Positions 1-10,509 of a stretch of 64,000 bases of DNA are shown in pieces. Under the pieces are notes generated by a model. It saw nothing but the letters and a program-made list of their open reading frames with translations. It was not told the origin of the DNA and did no database searches. Position numbers and translations under genes: made by a program. The stretch is from contig OY764216.1 in assembly GCA_963668315.1 (NCBI GenBank), forward strand, positions 128,001-192,000. The letters run 5' to 3'. Every line of letters begins with the position of its first letter. The first letter of the stretch is position 1. Origin of the DNA: Spirochaetia bacterium (GTDB taxonomy: Bacteria > Spirochaetota > Spirochaetia > DSM-2461).

Positions 1-2267
1 AGGGGTTCGGCCTTTTCTCCGTAGTAGGGTTCCAGCTCCCAGGCGTCGAACTGCCGGGGACGGTCCTCATAGGTCATCAGCTTGTTGAAGGCCTTCCCCT
101 CGGGAATTCTCTCCTCTCCTTCCGACTTGCCTACCAGAGAGACGATGTTTCCCTTTTCATTCCACTTCACCCGGTAACGTCCGGTCTCAAGGCCGAGATC
201 GGTGAAACCGGAGCCCTTCGCGGCAGGAGCACATTCACCGGGGACAAATTCCAACCGGGCGAAGGAGAAGGGCATCAGGGAGACCTTCAGGAAATACCCC
301 GATTGTCCAAGGGACTTCTGGCAGGGAACAGCCTTTCCCTCTCCATCAATATAATGACCGTCCCTGCTCTCTTCCACGAAGACGATCTCTTCCACGGCAA
401 AGGACTGTGTATTGAATACGGAGACACCCTGTTCATCGGAGATCAGAGCGGCCAGGGTCTTCTCCTGTTCAGCCTTGAGAGTCTCCCCTATGCGGGCGTA
501 GGTGGCCTCGGCCTCTTTATATACCGGCGTAATGGAGGAACCGGGAAGAATATCGTGGAACTGACGGGCCAGAAGCTCTTTCCACAGCCCTTCATAGGTA
601 TCTGCGGGATAGGCGGACGTATCGCCGAGAAGAGAAAGAAGTTCGCTGTTCCTGAGCATATATTCCAGCTTGCGGTTGGCTCTCTTCGTCCTGGACTGGG
701 AGGTATAGGTTCCCCTGTGGAACTCCAGATAGAGTTCGCCCACCCAGCGGTTCAGTTCCTTCTCGTTCTCATTATCTTTGAGCTTTCGGAAAAACTCCCC
801 GGCGAATCCGGTTTTCACCCGGGGATTGGACGGGATGGTATCAAGCTTTTCCACCATCTCCAGCATATTCCGGGTGACACCGCCGCCTCCGTCTCCGTAA
901 CCGTAACTGAGCAGGACCTCATTGCTGAACCCCTTGTTCCGGTAGCTTTTCCAGATTCCGTTGACCGAGTTGGCGTTGATCATGCCGTTGTAGGTGTAAA
1001 AATCAAGGCTTCCCAGATCCTCGTTATCCTCCGTGGAGGGGGTATTAACAAAGTGGGTGAGAATTTCCGTGCCGTCTATACCCTTCCAGTTGAAAGTATC
1101 GTTGGGGATATGGTTATACTGATTCCAGCTGATCTTCGTTGTCATAAAGTAGTTCACGTCGGCCAGCTTGAGAATCTGGGGCAGGGACGCGGTATAACCG
1201 AAAACGTCGGGGAGCCACAGGATTTCACTTTCCCTGTCGAATTCCTCCCGGATAAACTTCTTGCCGTAGAGAAGCTGCCTCACAAGAGACTCTCCTCCGG
1301 TAAGCAGACAATCGGCCTCAACCCACATGGCCCCTTCCGCTTCCCATCTGTTCTGGGCGATTTTTTCTCCGATCTGACGGAAAAGTTCGGGATCATCCTC
1401 TTTCACCCAGGCGTAGAGCTGGGGCTGGGATTGAAAGAAGACATAATGGGGATATCTCTCCATCAGCCTCAGTACGGTAGAGAAAGAGCGCTGGGCCTTC
1501 TCTCTGGTATGCTTCAGGGTCCAGAGCCAGGCCAGGTCAATATGGGTATGTCCCACGCAGCGGACGATATCGGGGTTTTCCTCCCGGATTTTTGCCAGTT
1601 CCTCAGAAAGAATCCGTGACGCCGCTTCGGCTTCTGCATGGTCAATGACGGAAGAAGAAAGGGAGACACGATTATAGGTGTCGTTGAGGAGATCCAGCAG
1701 CCTGACGCGGGTGGAACTCTGCTTATCCAGCTGCCGGGCCGTCTGAAGCAGGGCCTTCACCAAATAGAAAAGGCCGTCCACCGCTTCGTCCAGTATGGCG
1801 AATTCACAGCGTTTGATTTCATGAACCAGATTGATATCCTGCTCATTGCCGCCTCCGTCCAGTCCGGCCCACATCATAAATTTAAGCTCGAAACTGTCCG
1901 TATCCGCAGGAAGAAGTACTTCCTGATGGTTCAAGTCGACTCCCTGGTACTTTTTTCCGTTCAGATAGCAGAGGGCTTCAAAGCCGCTGTTGCCTCCCAG
2001 ACCGGTCATTCCAAAGTCAAAGAGACCGGCAACGGAAGAACCGCGGAAATTATCGGGAAGGGAGACACTCATTTTCAGCCAGCCGTACTGGTCGTATCCG
2101 CCCCAGTGGAACCCTCTTTCCACCGGTACATAACCGGCTTCATTCTCTTCCCGTCCTTCGCTGAACAGCAGGGAAAAATCGCGGAAAACATTATAATAAC
2201 GGGCTTTATCCAGAATTTTAAGAAATTTATTGCCCTTGTCTATTGTAAAATTAAGATCATGATTCAT
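1..2267 (-). CDS. Alpha-mannosidase, glycoside hydrolase family 38 (runs off the window start; not in ORF track)
   Basis: Manual translation of two segments: from ATG at 2267, MNHDLNFTIDKG...GFHWGGYDQYGWL; around 1570-1410, VGHTHIDLAWLWTLKHTREKAQRSFSTVLRLMERYP..FFQSQPQLY, the GH38 N-terminal Zn-binding HxDxxWLW signature. Follows sugar ABC genes in the same direction. Confidence 0.92.
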   Translation of the reverse strand, partial: MNHDLNFTIDKGNKFLKILDKARYYNVFRDFSLLFSEGREENEAGYVPVERGFHWGGYDQYGWLKMSVSLPDNFRGSSVAGLFDFGMTGLGGNSGFEALCYLNGKKYQGVDLNHQEVLLPADTDSFELKFMMWAGLDGGGNEQDINLVHEIKRCEFAILDEAVDGLFYLVKALLQTARQLDKQSSTRVRLLDLLNDTYNRVSLSSSVIDHAEAEAASRILSEELAKIREENPDIVRCVGHTHIDLAWLWTLKHTREKAQRSFSTVLRLMERYPHYVFFQSQPQLYAWVKEDDPELFRQIGEKIAQNRWEAEGAMWVEADCLLTGGESLVRQLLYGKKFIREEFDRESEILWLPDVFGYTASLPQILKLADVNYFMTTKISWNQYNHIPNDTFNWKGIDGTEILTHFVNTPSTEDNEDLGSLDFYTYNGMINANSVNGIWKSYRNKGFSNEVLLSYGYGDGGGGVTRNMLEMVEKLDTIPSNPRVKTGFAGEFFRKLKDNENEKELNRWVGELYLEFHRGTYTSQSRTKRANRKLEYMLRNSELLSLLGDTSAYPADTYEGLWKELLARQFHDILPGSSITPVYKEAEATYARIGETLKAEQEKTLAALISDEQGVSVFNTQSFAVEEIVFVEESRDGHYIDGEGKAVPCQKSLGQSGYFLKVSLMPFSFARLEFVPGECAPAAKGSGFTDLGLETGRYRVKWNEKGNIVSLVGKSEGEERIPEGKAFNKLMTYEDRPRQFDAWELEPYYGEKAEP

Positions 2268-2312
2268 TTTGTTACCTTAGTTTCTTTAGTATTGCTTGTG
2301 CTATGCGGCGGC

Positions 2313-3161
2313 TTACTTGATGGCCCCGCCCAGGGTAAAGCCGTTGGACATAAATCTCTGCGAAAGAATATACAGTCCCGCAATAGGAAGGGTATAAAGC
2401 AGAGAGAAGGCCGCGAGCTGCCCGAACTGTACCGATCCGTAGGCACCGAAAAACTGATAAATGGCTACGGAGGCGGGCATCTTCTCCACCGAACTGATCA
2501 GGATAAAGGGAACGAAAAAGTTACCCCAGCTTCCCGAAAAGGTGAAGATGAACACGACCATGATACCGGGGAGAATAGAGGGCAGAATGATCCTCCACAG
2601 AGTCTGCAGGGTACTGGCTCCGTCGATCCAGGCGGCTTCCTCCAGGGTACGCGGCACATCATCCAGAAAGTTCTTCATCATCCAGATACTGTAGGGCAGC
2701 GACGTGGCCACAAGGAACAGGGTGGTGGAGAACAGGGAGTTGATGATCTTCAGCTGGAAAAACACCATATAGACGGGTACCATAATAGCCGTGATGGGCA
2801 GTCCGGTAAGAAAAAGCAGACTGTACATGAGTGTCCCCTTCCCTTTCATGGGGAACCGGGACAGAGGATAGGCGGCCAGCAGGGAAAGCACGACAACCAT
2901 AACCGACTGCAGAGAGGAAATGATGAAGCTGTTCACAAAGGAGCGGTAGTTCGATCCCTTGGTCAGAACGGAGCTGAAATTCTCCAGCGTGAAATTCTCG
3001 GGGATCCTCACGGAGAGGGGGGCCTTGGCATCCAGGGAGGCGAAGATGAGCCACAGCATGGGCCACAGGAAGAGGAACGCCACGAACAGGAGAGCGATTT
3101 TCTGTCCCGATTTGCTGAAATATTTTCTTATTGAAAGGGCGATTGTATTCGTATTATTCAA
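2313..3161 (-). CDS. Carbohydrate ABC transporter permease (MalG-like)
   Basis: Hydrophobic segments; EAA motif LEEAAWIDGAS; AGGAGA SD before TTG start. Confidence 0.92.
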   Translation of the reverse strand: MNNTNTIALSIRKYFSKSGQKIALLFVAFLFLWPMLWLIFASLDAKAPLSVRIPENFTLENFSSVLTKGSNYRSFVNSFIISSLQSVMVVVLSLLAAYPLSRFPMKGKGTLMYSLLFLTGLPITAIMVPVYMVFFQLKIINSLFSTTLFLVATSLPYSIWMMKNFLDDVPRTLEEAAWIDGASTLQTLWRIILPSILPGIMVVFIFTFSGSWGNFFVPFILISSVEKMPASVAIYQFFGAYGSVQFGQLAAFSLLYTLPIAGLYILSQRFMSNGFTLGGAIK

Positions 3162-3172
3162 CGGTATGTCTC

Positions 3173-4048
3173 CTATAATTCCTGTTTGAAGCTCTTCATA
3201 TAGAAAGCGCTGAGAAGTATTCCGAACAGGAGAAGCACGATGGCCATGGCTGTTCCGTAACCGAGCTGATAGGACACGAAGGATTTCTGATACATATAGA
3301 TGGGTATGGTCGTCGTATCATAGCCGGGTCCGCCTCCGGTCAGGGCATAGATGAGACCGAACAGACCGAGCGTCTGAAGGGTGACCAGTATCGTATTGGT
3401 GGCTATCGTCCCCTTGATGATGGGGAGAGTTATCCTTATCAGTTTCTGCCAGCTGTTGGCACCATCTATTTTGGCCGCCTCGATGACGCTGTCCGAGACA
3501 TTGGAAAGGGCCGACTGATACATGAGCATGGAGAAAGCCGTACCGCGCCAGATGTTGGCCAGAATAACGGCGAGCATGGCATAGTCAAAGAGCCAGGCGA
3601 TGGGAGGAATCCCCAGTGTCCCGAGAACGCCGTTCAGAGAACCGGTCGTATTGAAAAAAGCAAAGAAGACAAAGGCGACGACCACCTCGGGAGTGACCCA
3701 GCCCAGAAGGACGCATGTTCCCACAACTCGTTGAAATCCCTTGCTCTGATGCTGCATGAATTTGGCAATAAAAAAGCCCAGGACCTGCTGCCCGACGACA
3801 GCGGAACATATGAGAAAAAGAATAGTATTGACCAGCGATTCCAGAAAGCGGTCATCGGAAAACATTTTTATATAATTTTTTAAACCGACAAAGCTGTAAT
3901 TATTCGACTTGATCCCCACCAAGGCCTTATCCGTAAACGAATATACGAATGCCATTATTGCAGGAGCAAAGTAAAACAGGGCGATAAGCACCAAAGCCGG
4001 GGCCAGAAAACCCATAATCTTCAATCTTTGTCTACCGATATTGCTCAA
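3173..4048 (-). CDS. Carbohydrate ABC transporter permease (MalF-like)
   Basis: FVGLKNY motif, EAAKIDGANSW, LTGGGPG..TTTI signature. Confidence 0.92.
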   Translation of the reverse strand: MSNIGRQRLKIMGFLAPALVLIALFYFAPAIMAFVYSFTDKALVGIKSNNYSFVGLKNYIKMFSDDRFLESLVNTILFLICSAVVGQQVLGFFIAKFMQHQSKGFQRVVGTCVLLGWVTPEVVVAFVFFAFFNTTGSLNGVLGTLGIPPIAWLFDYAMLAVILANIWRGTAFSMLMYQSALSNVSDSVIEAAKIDGANSWQKLIRITLPIIKGTIATNTILVTLQTLGLFGLIYALTGGGPGYDTTTIPIYMYQKSFVSYQLGYGTAMAIVLLLFGILLSAFYMKSFKQEL

Positions 4049-4072
4049 AATTGGAGCCCTCCCCTCTTAACA

Positions 4073-4096
4073 GGGGGCATCCTTCCGGATACCCCC
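4073..4096 (-). other. Intercistronic stem-loop after the solute-binding protein gene (mRNA stabiliser/attenuator)
   Basis: Minus strand GGGGGTATCC-GGAA-GGATGCCCCC: 10-bp stem with one GU pair and a GNRA loop, no downstream U-run; typical position in ABC operons. Confidence 0.6.
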
Positions 4097-4104
4097 AAAA
4101 CAAT

Positions 4105-5412
4105 TTATTTTTCTATCCAGTTGCCGTCACCGGCAAGGTCTTTAATATTTTCCGCGTATGCTTCAGCCGCTTCTGCCGCTGTCATCTGACCGGTGATTAC
4201 CGCTTCTACTGCGGCCTGTATTTCGATGGAAACACTGGGGTAAAGCTCATTACCCGGTCTGAAGTGGGTAAACTCGGCATAGGGAGTCATATCGGCACGG
4301 AACTTACCGCCCTCGATATAGGAAGGCTCGGAAGCGACGTCACGTCTCGTGGCCATGTCTCCGGAAATGCTGACAAAGTTCAGAATGTTCTGCTTGTTAC
4401 AGGCGACCTTGAGGAATTCCATGGCCAGGTCCTTATGCTTGGAAAGGGCGGGAATAGCCAGGGTCCAGCCGCCGCTCATGGAGGTGAAACCGTTGCCTTC
4501 GGCCTTGGGCATGGGGGAGACGGAAATCACGTCTTCATAACCCATGAAGTCACCGTTCTTCCAGTTACCATCCAGGAGGATACCGACTTCTTCGCCCTTG
4601 GGCATTTTCTCGGCAAGAACCTGCCAGCTCTGAGCATCAAGCATGGTAGCCAGCTCGTTGTTGTCGTAGATGCCCTTATCATGGAGAGCCTGGATGAACT
4701 CCAGAGATTTGGTGATTCCGGGGGCAGCGGCGACCCATTTGTCTCCGTCGATGATCCAGTCATCCGTACCGGAGATGAGCATTTCGAAGGTCTGCATGGT
4801 GGTGCCCTCACCCTGAGCTTTGGAACCGTTCAGCCACATGGGATAAGCGACGCCGGCAGCGTTGAGCTTATCAACGGCATCAAGGATATCATCCCAGCTT
4901 TTGGGTTCGAAAGGAACGGGAAGACCGACTCTTTCGAATACGGGGATGCTGTAAAAAAGGCCGCGTGTATCGGTGGAGAATGAGAGCGCGTAGGTGGCTC
5001 CGTTCATGATCATTCCCTCTCTGACGTTCGTGGCGAACTGCTCGCTGTAGTCGGACCACTCATCGACGGGAAGGGGGGAAAGATATCCGGGTCCTACCAG
5101 AGCGGGAACGAGAAAGCTGTCAACGTGCATAACGTCGATAGAGTCATCGGACTGAAGCATAAGAGCCGATTTGGTATTATAGTCGGCCTCATTACTCAGA
5201 TTGGCGGATAATTCTACGGTAATACCGGGATTAAGAGCTTCGAACTCTTCCTTGGCGGCGGTCATCCATTTAGTCATAGCCTCGTTTCCACCGGGCTCTT
5301 TGTAATTAACCTTGATTACGTTGGCATTGCTGCCCTTATCTGACGATCCATTAGCGAAAACAAAGGCGGCGCATGCTGCGAGCAGCAATACTACGGATAT
5401 TGTTTTTTTCAT
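4105..5412 (-). CDS. Sugar ABC transporter extracellular solute-binding protein
   Basis: Signal peptide ending FVFANG; TDTRGLFY, PKSWDDI and SMSGGWTLAI motifs of family 1 SBPs; AAGGAG SD. Confidence 0.92.
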   Translation of the reverse strand: MKKTISVVLLLAACAAFVFANGSSDKGSNANVIKVNYKEPGGNEAMTKWMTAAKEEFEALNPGITVELSANLSNEADYNTKSALMLQSDDSIDVMHVDSFLVPALVGPGYLSPLPVDEWSDYSEQFATNVREGMIMNGATYALSFSTDTRGLFYSIPVFERVGLPVPFEPKSWDDILDAVDKLNAAGVAYPMWLNGSKAQGEGTTMQTFEMLISGTDDWIIDGDKWVAAAPGITKSLEFIQALHDKGIYDNNELATMLDAQSWQVLAEKMPKGEEVGILLDGNWKNGDFMGYEDVISVSPMPKAEGNGFTSMSGGWTLAIPALSKHKDLAMEFLKVACNKQNILNFVSISGDMATRRDVASEPSYIEGGKFRADMTPYAEFTHFRPGNELYPSVSIEIQAAVEAVITGQMTAAEAAEAYAENIKDLAGDGNWIEK

Positions 5413-5442
5413 AACTACTCCTTGATGTTTTTTTGTATTGTG

Positions 5443-5471
5443 AGATTAAAGCCACATTGTTCTATTGTCAA
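5443..5471 (-). promoter_or_regulatory. Sigma70 promoter of the ABC/mannosidase operon
   Basis: Minus strand TTGACA-17 nt-TAATCT. Confidence 0.65.
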
Positions 5472-5507
5472 TTTAAAAAATACATTTTTTGTATTTGTAT
5501 GATACAT

Positions 5508-6659
5508 TTAAAAATTTCGTTTGATTTCTCTTGTGGTGTCACCCTCTACCAGCTCGACGGGAAGAACGATTCTCTGGATTTCCGATTCTCCCTCTATCAT
5601 ATCCCACAGTTTTTCCATGGCCAGCACGCCCATCCTGTACTCGTTCTGCCTCACATGGGTAAAATCATGGCGGCCCAGATAATCGGAAGGGCTGTCAAAA
5701 CAGAGGATGGAAATATCTTCGGGAATTTTGATATTCAGCTCTTTCAGGACGACCGACGCCAGCAGAGCCAGGTGGTATTCACAGGCGAATATCGCCGTCA
5801 CATGGCGATGAGCCCGCAGGCAGTCCCGCAGGATCTTCTTATCCTGCTCAATTCTCTCCGCCGTCTGCTGTCCCGGCATGGTGCTCAGGAACTCGGTGAG
5901 AATATGGGATTCGGGAAGAGAGAGACCGTAGGTGACAAAAGCCTTCCGGGCTCCTTCCAGCCGGTCTTCCAGAGCGGAAGTAAAGCGAATGGGCGGAGAG
6001 AGATAAAGGATGTCCCGATGCCCCCGGTTCAGAAAATAGGAGAGGGCCAAATGGGAGGCCTTCTCATTATCCGTACCGACATAGGAGCACTTTAGGCCCT
6101 TAAGTTCAAGGTCCACAAGGACAAAGGGGAATTTTTTCAGGGCCAGTTCCATTATCACCGGATTGTAATACTCCCCGTGCTGGGGCTGAATAATCAGCCC
6201 CGAAGCCCCCAGGGTAAGAAGATCCCGGATGGCTTTCTTCTCAAGCTCCTGATTGCCCTTTGTCAGTTTCATCACCAGGTAATACCCGCGGGCCTCCGCT
6301 TCCTTCTCAATACCTTCCAGGATTTTCATGCCGTAGCTTGATGAGATATCGGGCAGGATGAAACCGATAAATTTCTGCCCTATGTTAACCTTGCTGTATA
6401 TATTCTGATTCAGTGAAAGGTCTTCACTTCCCGGCGCCGACTCATGCCGAAGGGTGACAACCGTTCCTCTTCCCGGCTTCCGGGAGAGATACCCCTCGGA
6501 GACAAGCATTTCCAAAGCCTTTCTCACCGTAACTCGGCTTACCTCGAACTGCTTCGTCATTTCCATCTCGGTTGCGACGGGATCTCCGTCCTTCAAAACA
6601 CCATTGTTGATGAGCCCGAGAAAATGTCTGTAGATTTTGAGATACTGCGGATCTTTCAT
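5508..6659 (-). CDS. GntR-family HTH plus LacI-type sugar-binding domain regulator (AraR-like)
   Basis: Likely start MKDPQY at 6659; FEVSRVTVRKAL...GRGTVV GntR HTH followed by a periplasmic-binding-protein-like domain (YVGTDN, IPEDISILCFD). Confidence 0.88.
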   Translation of the reverse strand: MKDPQYLKIYRHFLGLINNGVLKDGDPVATEMEMTKQFEVSRVTVRKALEMLVSEGYLSRKPGRGTVVTLRHESAPGSEDLSLNQNIYSKVNIGQKFIGFILPDISSSYGMKILEGIEKEAEARGYYLVMKLTKGNQELEKKAIRDLLTLGASGLIIQPQHGEYYNPVIMELALKKFPFVLVDLELKGLKCSYVGTDNEKASHLALSYFLNRGHRDILYLSPPIRFTSALEDRLEGARKAFVTYGLSLPESHILTEFLSTMPGQQTAERIEQDKKILRDCLRAHRHVTAIFACEYHLALLASVVLKELNIKIPEDISILCFDSPSDYLGRHDFTHVRQNEYRMGVLAMEKLWDMIEGESEIQRIVLPVELVEGDTTREIKRNF

Positions 6660-6792
6660 GCTAAACTCTTCATATTTTTGTACTATACAATAATACATAC
6701 ATAACAAAAAGCCAAGCCTAAATAAAAAAAAGAGTCCCCATAAAAGTATATCCACAGCCCGATCGCAGGGGGGAAAAGTATACGATGAAGCC

Positions 6793-7536
6793 TTAGGAAA
6801 GGGGTTCCAGGACAATCCGGGAGGAAACCACCGAATTCACCCCTTCGTCCGCCTTTAACAGAATATCACCGTTCTTGTCCTGTCCCCGGTAGATATCAAG
6901 TCTGTCCCCTTCACCCGCTTCCTGCTGAAAAACAATCTGAAACTGGGATATCCGGTTCTCTTCGATTTCTTCCTTCTCAAGCCCATCCACCAGAAACCGG
7001 ACATAAGCGCTGTTATTCACATGATTATTCATATCCAGAGAGGAGTAATGCACGTTTCTGGAATAGACCGGCTCTCCATCAAAATCCCCGCGGATCTTCC
7101 TGAAAGTCAAAGAACAGAGATCACAGGCTTCACTGAAATTGAAGCCCTCAAAAAAACGATCGGGCATCACCGGCTTGCGCTCGGAAATATCCATGATAAT
7201 CCAGAAAGATGTGCACCTGACACAAATCTTCCCCTCTGAATCAATAACAAGAAGATCTCTGGGAGCCATGACTCCCTCACCCTTGCGGGGCGCGGTTCTT
7301 ATGATTACTTCTTCATTCCACAGGGGCATGCGGTCGATCTCCATGACGACCCGTGTCAGAGCCCAAAACTGATTTTTTTCCCTTAACTGTTCCCAGCCCC
7401 AGTTCAACGTCTCGGCGTGACGGTAGGCTATCTCCTGAAACAGCTGAAAAAGAGAAGGAAGACTCAAGCGGCACCTGGAATCGGTCTGATAGGAATTTAC
7501 CCGGGCGGGCATATCGTAAGGTTCAATAGTAATCAT
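6793..7536 (-). CDS. Acyl-ACP thioesterase (FatA/FatB-like double hotdog)
   Basis: LDMNNHVNNSAY catalytic motif; LFQEIA..HA in the first hotdog. Confidence 0.88.
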   Translation of the reverse strand: MITIEPYDMPARVNSYQTDSRCRLSLPSLFQLFQEIAYRHAETLNWGWEQLREKNQFWALTRVVMEIDRMPLWNEEVIIRTAPRKGEGVMAPRDLLVIDSEGKICVRCTSFWIIMDISERKPVMPDRFFEGFNFSEACDLCSLTFRKIRGDFDGEPVYSRNVHYSSLDMNNHVNNSAYVRFLVDGLEKEEIEENRISQFQIVFQQEAGEGDRLDIYRGQDKNGDILLKADEGVNSVVSSRIVLEPLS

Positions 7537-7626
7537 GTGAAACTCCTTATCCGGCAGGACGCCGTGGATTTATATTATAGAGGGAGACGGACATCTATTC
7601 AATGACAGGAGTTTTATCATTTATAC

Positions 7627-7660
7627 AAAAAGAGGGGGGACCCGACCGGAGCCCCCCCTT
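7627..7660 (-). terminator. Intrinsic terminator downstream of eno
   Basis: Minus strand G-run/C-run stem followed by TTTTT. Confidence 0.65.
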
Positions 7661-7674
7661 CCTCAGCCGTCCCG

Positions 7675-9075
<1,401 letters not shown>

Positions 9076-9136
9076 CTAACATTATTAATGCTATCTTGCA
9101 CCAAATATAACAACTTCTCAGTCAAAAGTACAGTCC

Positions 9137-10429
9137 TTAAGAAGAAGTTGACGACTCATTAGCCTGCACCAGCTTTCTGGCCAGCAGTTTAGAAATGAAC
9201 ATGGAGTACTGGGGGTACTCTTTTATTACCGTAATGAAAGACTCCCGGGGTATCTTTATCAGCTTCCCCTCCCTGTCCGCCACCACGGTCGCCGTCCGCG
9301 TATTGCTCAGAAGAAAAGCCATTTCCCCCATGAAAATATCCGAAGGAGTGATGACTCCGACAGCCTGGTTGTTGTGATAGACCGTATAGTTGCCGCTTGT
9401 GATATAGTAAAGACAGTCGGCCACTTCACCCGCCTTCATCACCACATCTCCCTTTTTCACCCGTATAATCTCTTCGGTGGAAAACCCGGCGGGAGTAATT
9501 TTTTCGGCTTCGCTCTTCTCGTTAAAAACCAGAGAAACCCGGTTTCCCTTCCTGTTATAAATAAGCCGGTCCGCGATAGACTGGGCCAGGAGGATTCCCC
9601 TTCCGTGAAGCTCGTCCTGACTCTGCTTTTTAACCGAAGCGGCGAAAGCGGCCACATCAAAACCCTCTCCGCAGTCGGTAACGGTAAAGCGGGCTTCCTC
9701 CTCGGAGAAGTCCCAGTCCAGTCGGACGATCTTTTTGGAGATATCCGGATCTTCGTTTTTAAAGGCTATCACTTCAGCCATTCCCAATCCTTCCATCATG
9801 GCCTGTGTTTTCTCCTCGAAGGAAATTCCGCAGTTGCCATGCTCTATTCCATTAATGATAAGCTCACTCAGGGCAAGTTGCAAATCAAGTCTCTCTTCCT
9901 GCCGGCGCCACCCCATCCGCACCATGCTTAAAGCCAGAAGACCGGCATATACGGGGACCACGGTAAAATCCAGATTCCTTATACGGAATGAACCGGAGAC
10001 CCGGTTGATAAGTTTTTCCGTCAGCCATCCGGAGAAGATCAGCTGACGGTTCTCATAAATAATCTTCAAGGTCCTGCCCAGGAAATGCTCCGTTCTCTTC
10101 TGCTCCAGAAGAGCCAGGAGATTAATTCCCTTATACTTTTCCAGCAGTTCCGTCTCTTCCTTGCGCGAACCGTCGTAAAGTCCCACGATACCGAAATTAT
10201 GCAGCCAGGAATCGGCCATGATTCTGTTTGCAATGGCATCGGAATCAATAAAAGGATCGGTAAAATTAAAAACGACCATCTCGGGAAGTTCAAACTCCAG
10301 GAGTTCCAGAGCTTCTTTTTCCGTGGTCGGGAACTGAAGAATAATCTCTTCAGGAAATAGATCAGAAACAGTCTTGGCTATAACCATGTTAAGTTTTTCA
10401 TCGGTGGAAATAACAACAATATAATTCAT
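9137..10429 (-). CDS. Multidomain signalling protein: receiver-like N-terminus, RsbW-type HATPase, C-terminal cyclic-nucleotide-binding domain
   Basis: ELIINGIEHGN, VTDCGEGFD and HGRGI (HATPase_c_2 boxes); GEVADCLYYI..G, FMGEMAFL and RTATVVA (cNMP domain). Start at MNYIVV inferred. Confidence 0.8.
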   Translation of the reverse strand: MNYIVVISTDEKLNMVIAKTVSDLFPEEIILQFPTTEKEALELLEFELPEMVVFNFTDPFIDSDAIANRIMADSWLHNFGIVGLYDGSRKEETELLEKYKGINLLALLEQKRTEHFLGRTLKIIYENRQLIFSGWLTEKLINRVSGSFRIRNLDFTVVPVYAGLLALSMVRMGWRRQEERLDLQLALSELIINGIEHGNCGISFEEKTQAMMEGLGMAEVIAFKNEDPDISKKIVRLDWDFSEEEARFTVTDCGEGFDVAAFAASVKKQSQDELHGRGILLAQSIADRLIYNRKGNRVSLVFNEKSEAEKITPAGFSTEEIIRVKKGDVVMKAGEVADCLYYITSGNYTVYHNNQAVGVITPSDIFMGEMAFLLSNTRTATVVADREGKLIKIPRESFITVIKEYPQYSMFISKLLARKLVQANESSTSS

Positions 10430-10509
10430 GTATACGATTATATAGTAAAGGAATGGGAAAAACAATGAAAACCGTCATGTTCCCTGTGGAGAGGATAATG
10501 TCACAAAGG

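Noticed and set aside
303..3134. Long plus-strand ORFs 303-1619 and 1638-3134
   Set aside because: Antisense shadows of the GH38 mannosidase and permease; no recognisable motifs.
6739..6753. 15-nt exact match (CATAAAAGTATATCC) to the nifE upstream motif
   Set aside because: Lacks the left TAC half-site and any sigma54 promoter; more likely contains the regulator's minus-strand TATACT -10, and AT-rich matches of this length can arise by chance.
6660..6815. N-terminal extensions in the ORF track (GntR, eno, cNMP protein, 41341 ORF, nudC)
   Set aside because: They run through promoter or AT-rich DNA or overlap neighbours; downstream ATGs have better SD or -10 support.
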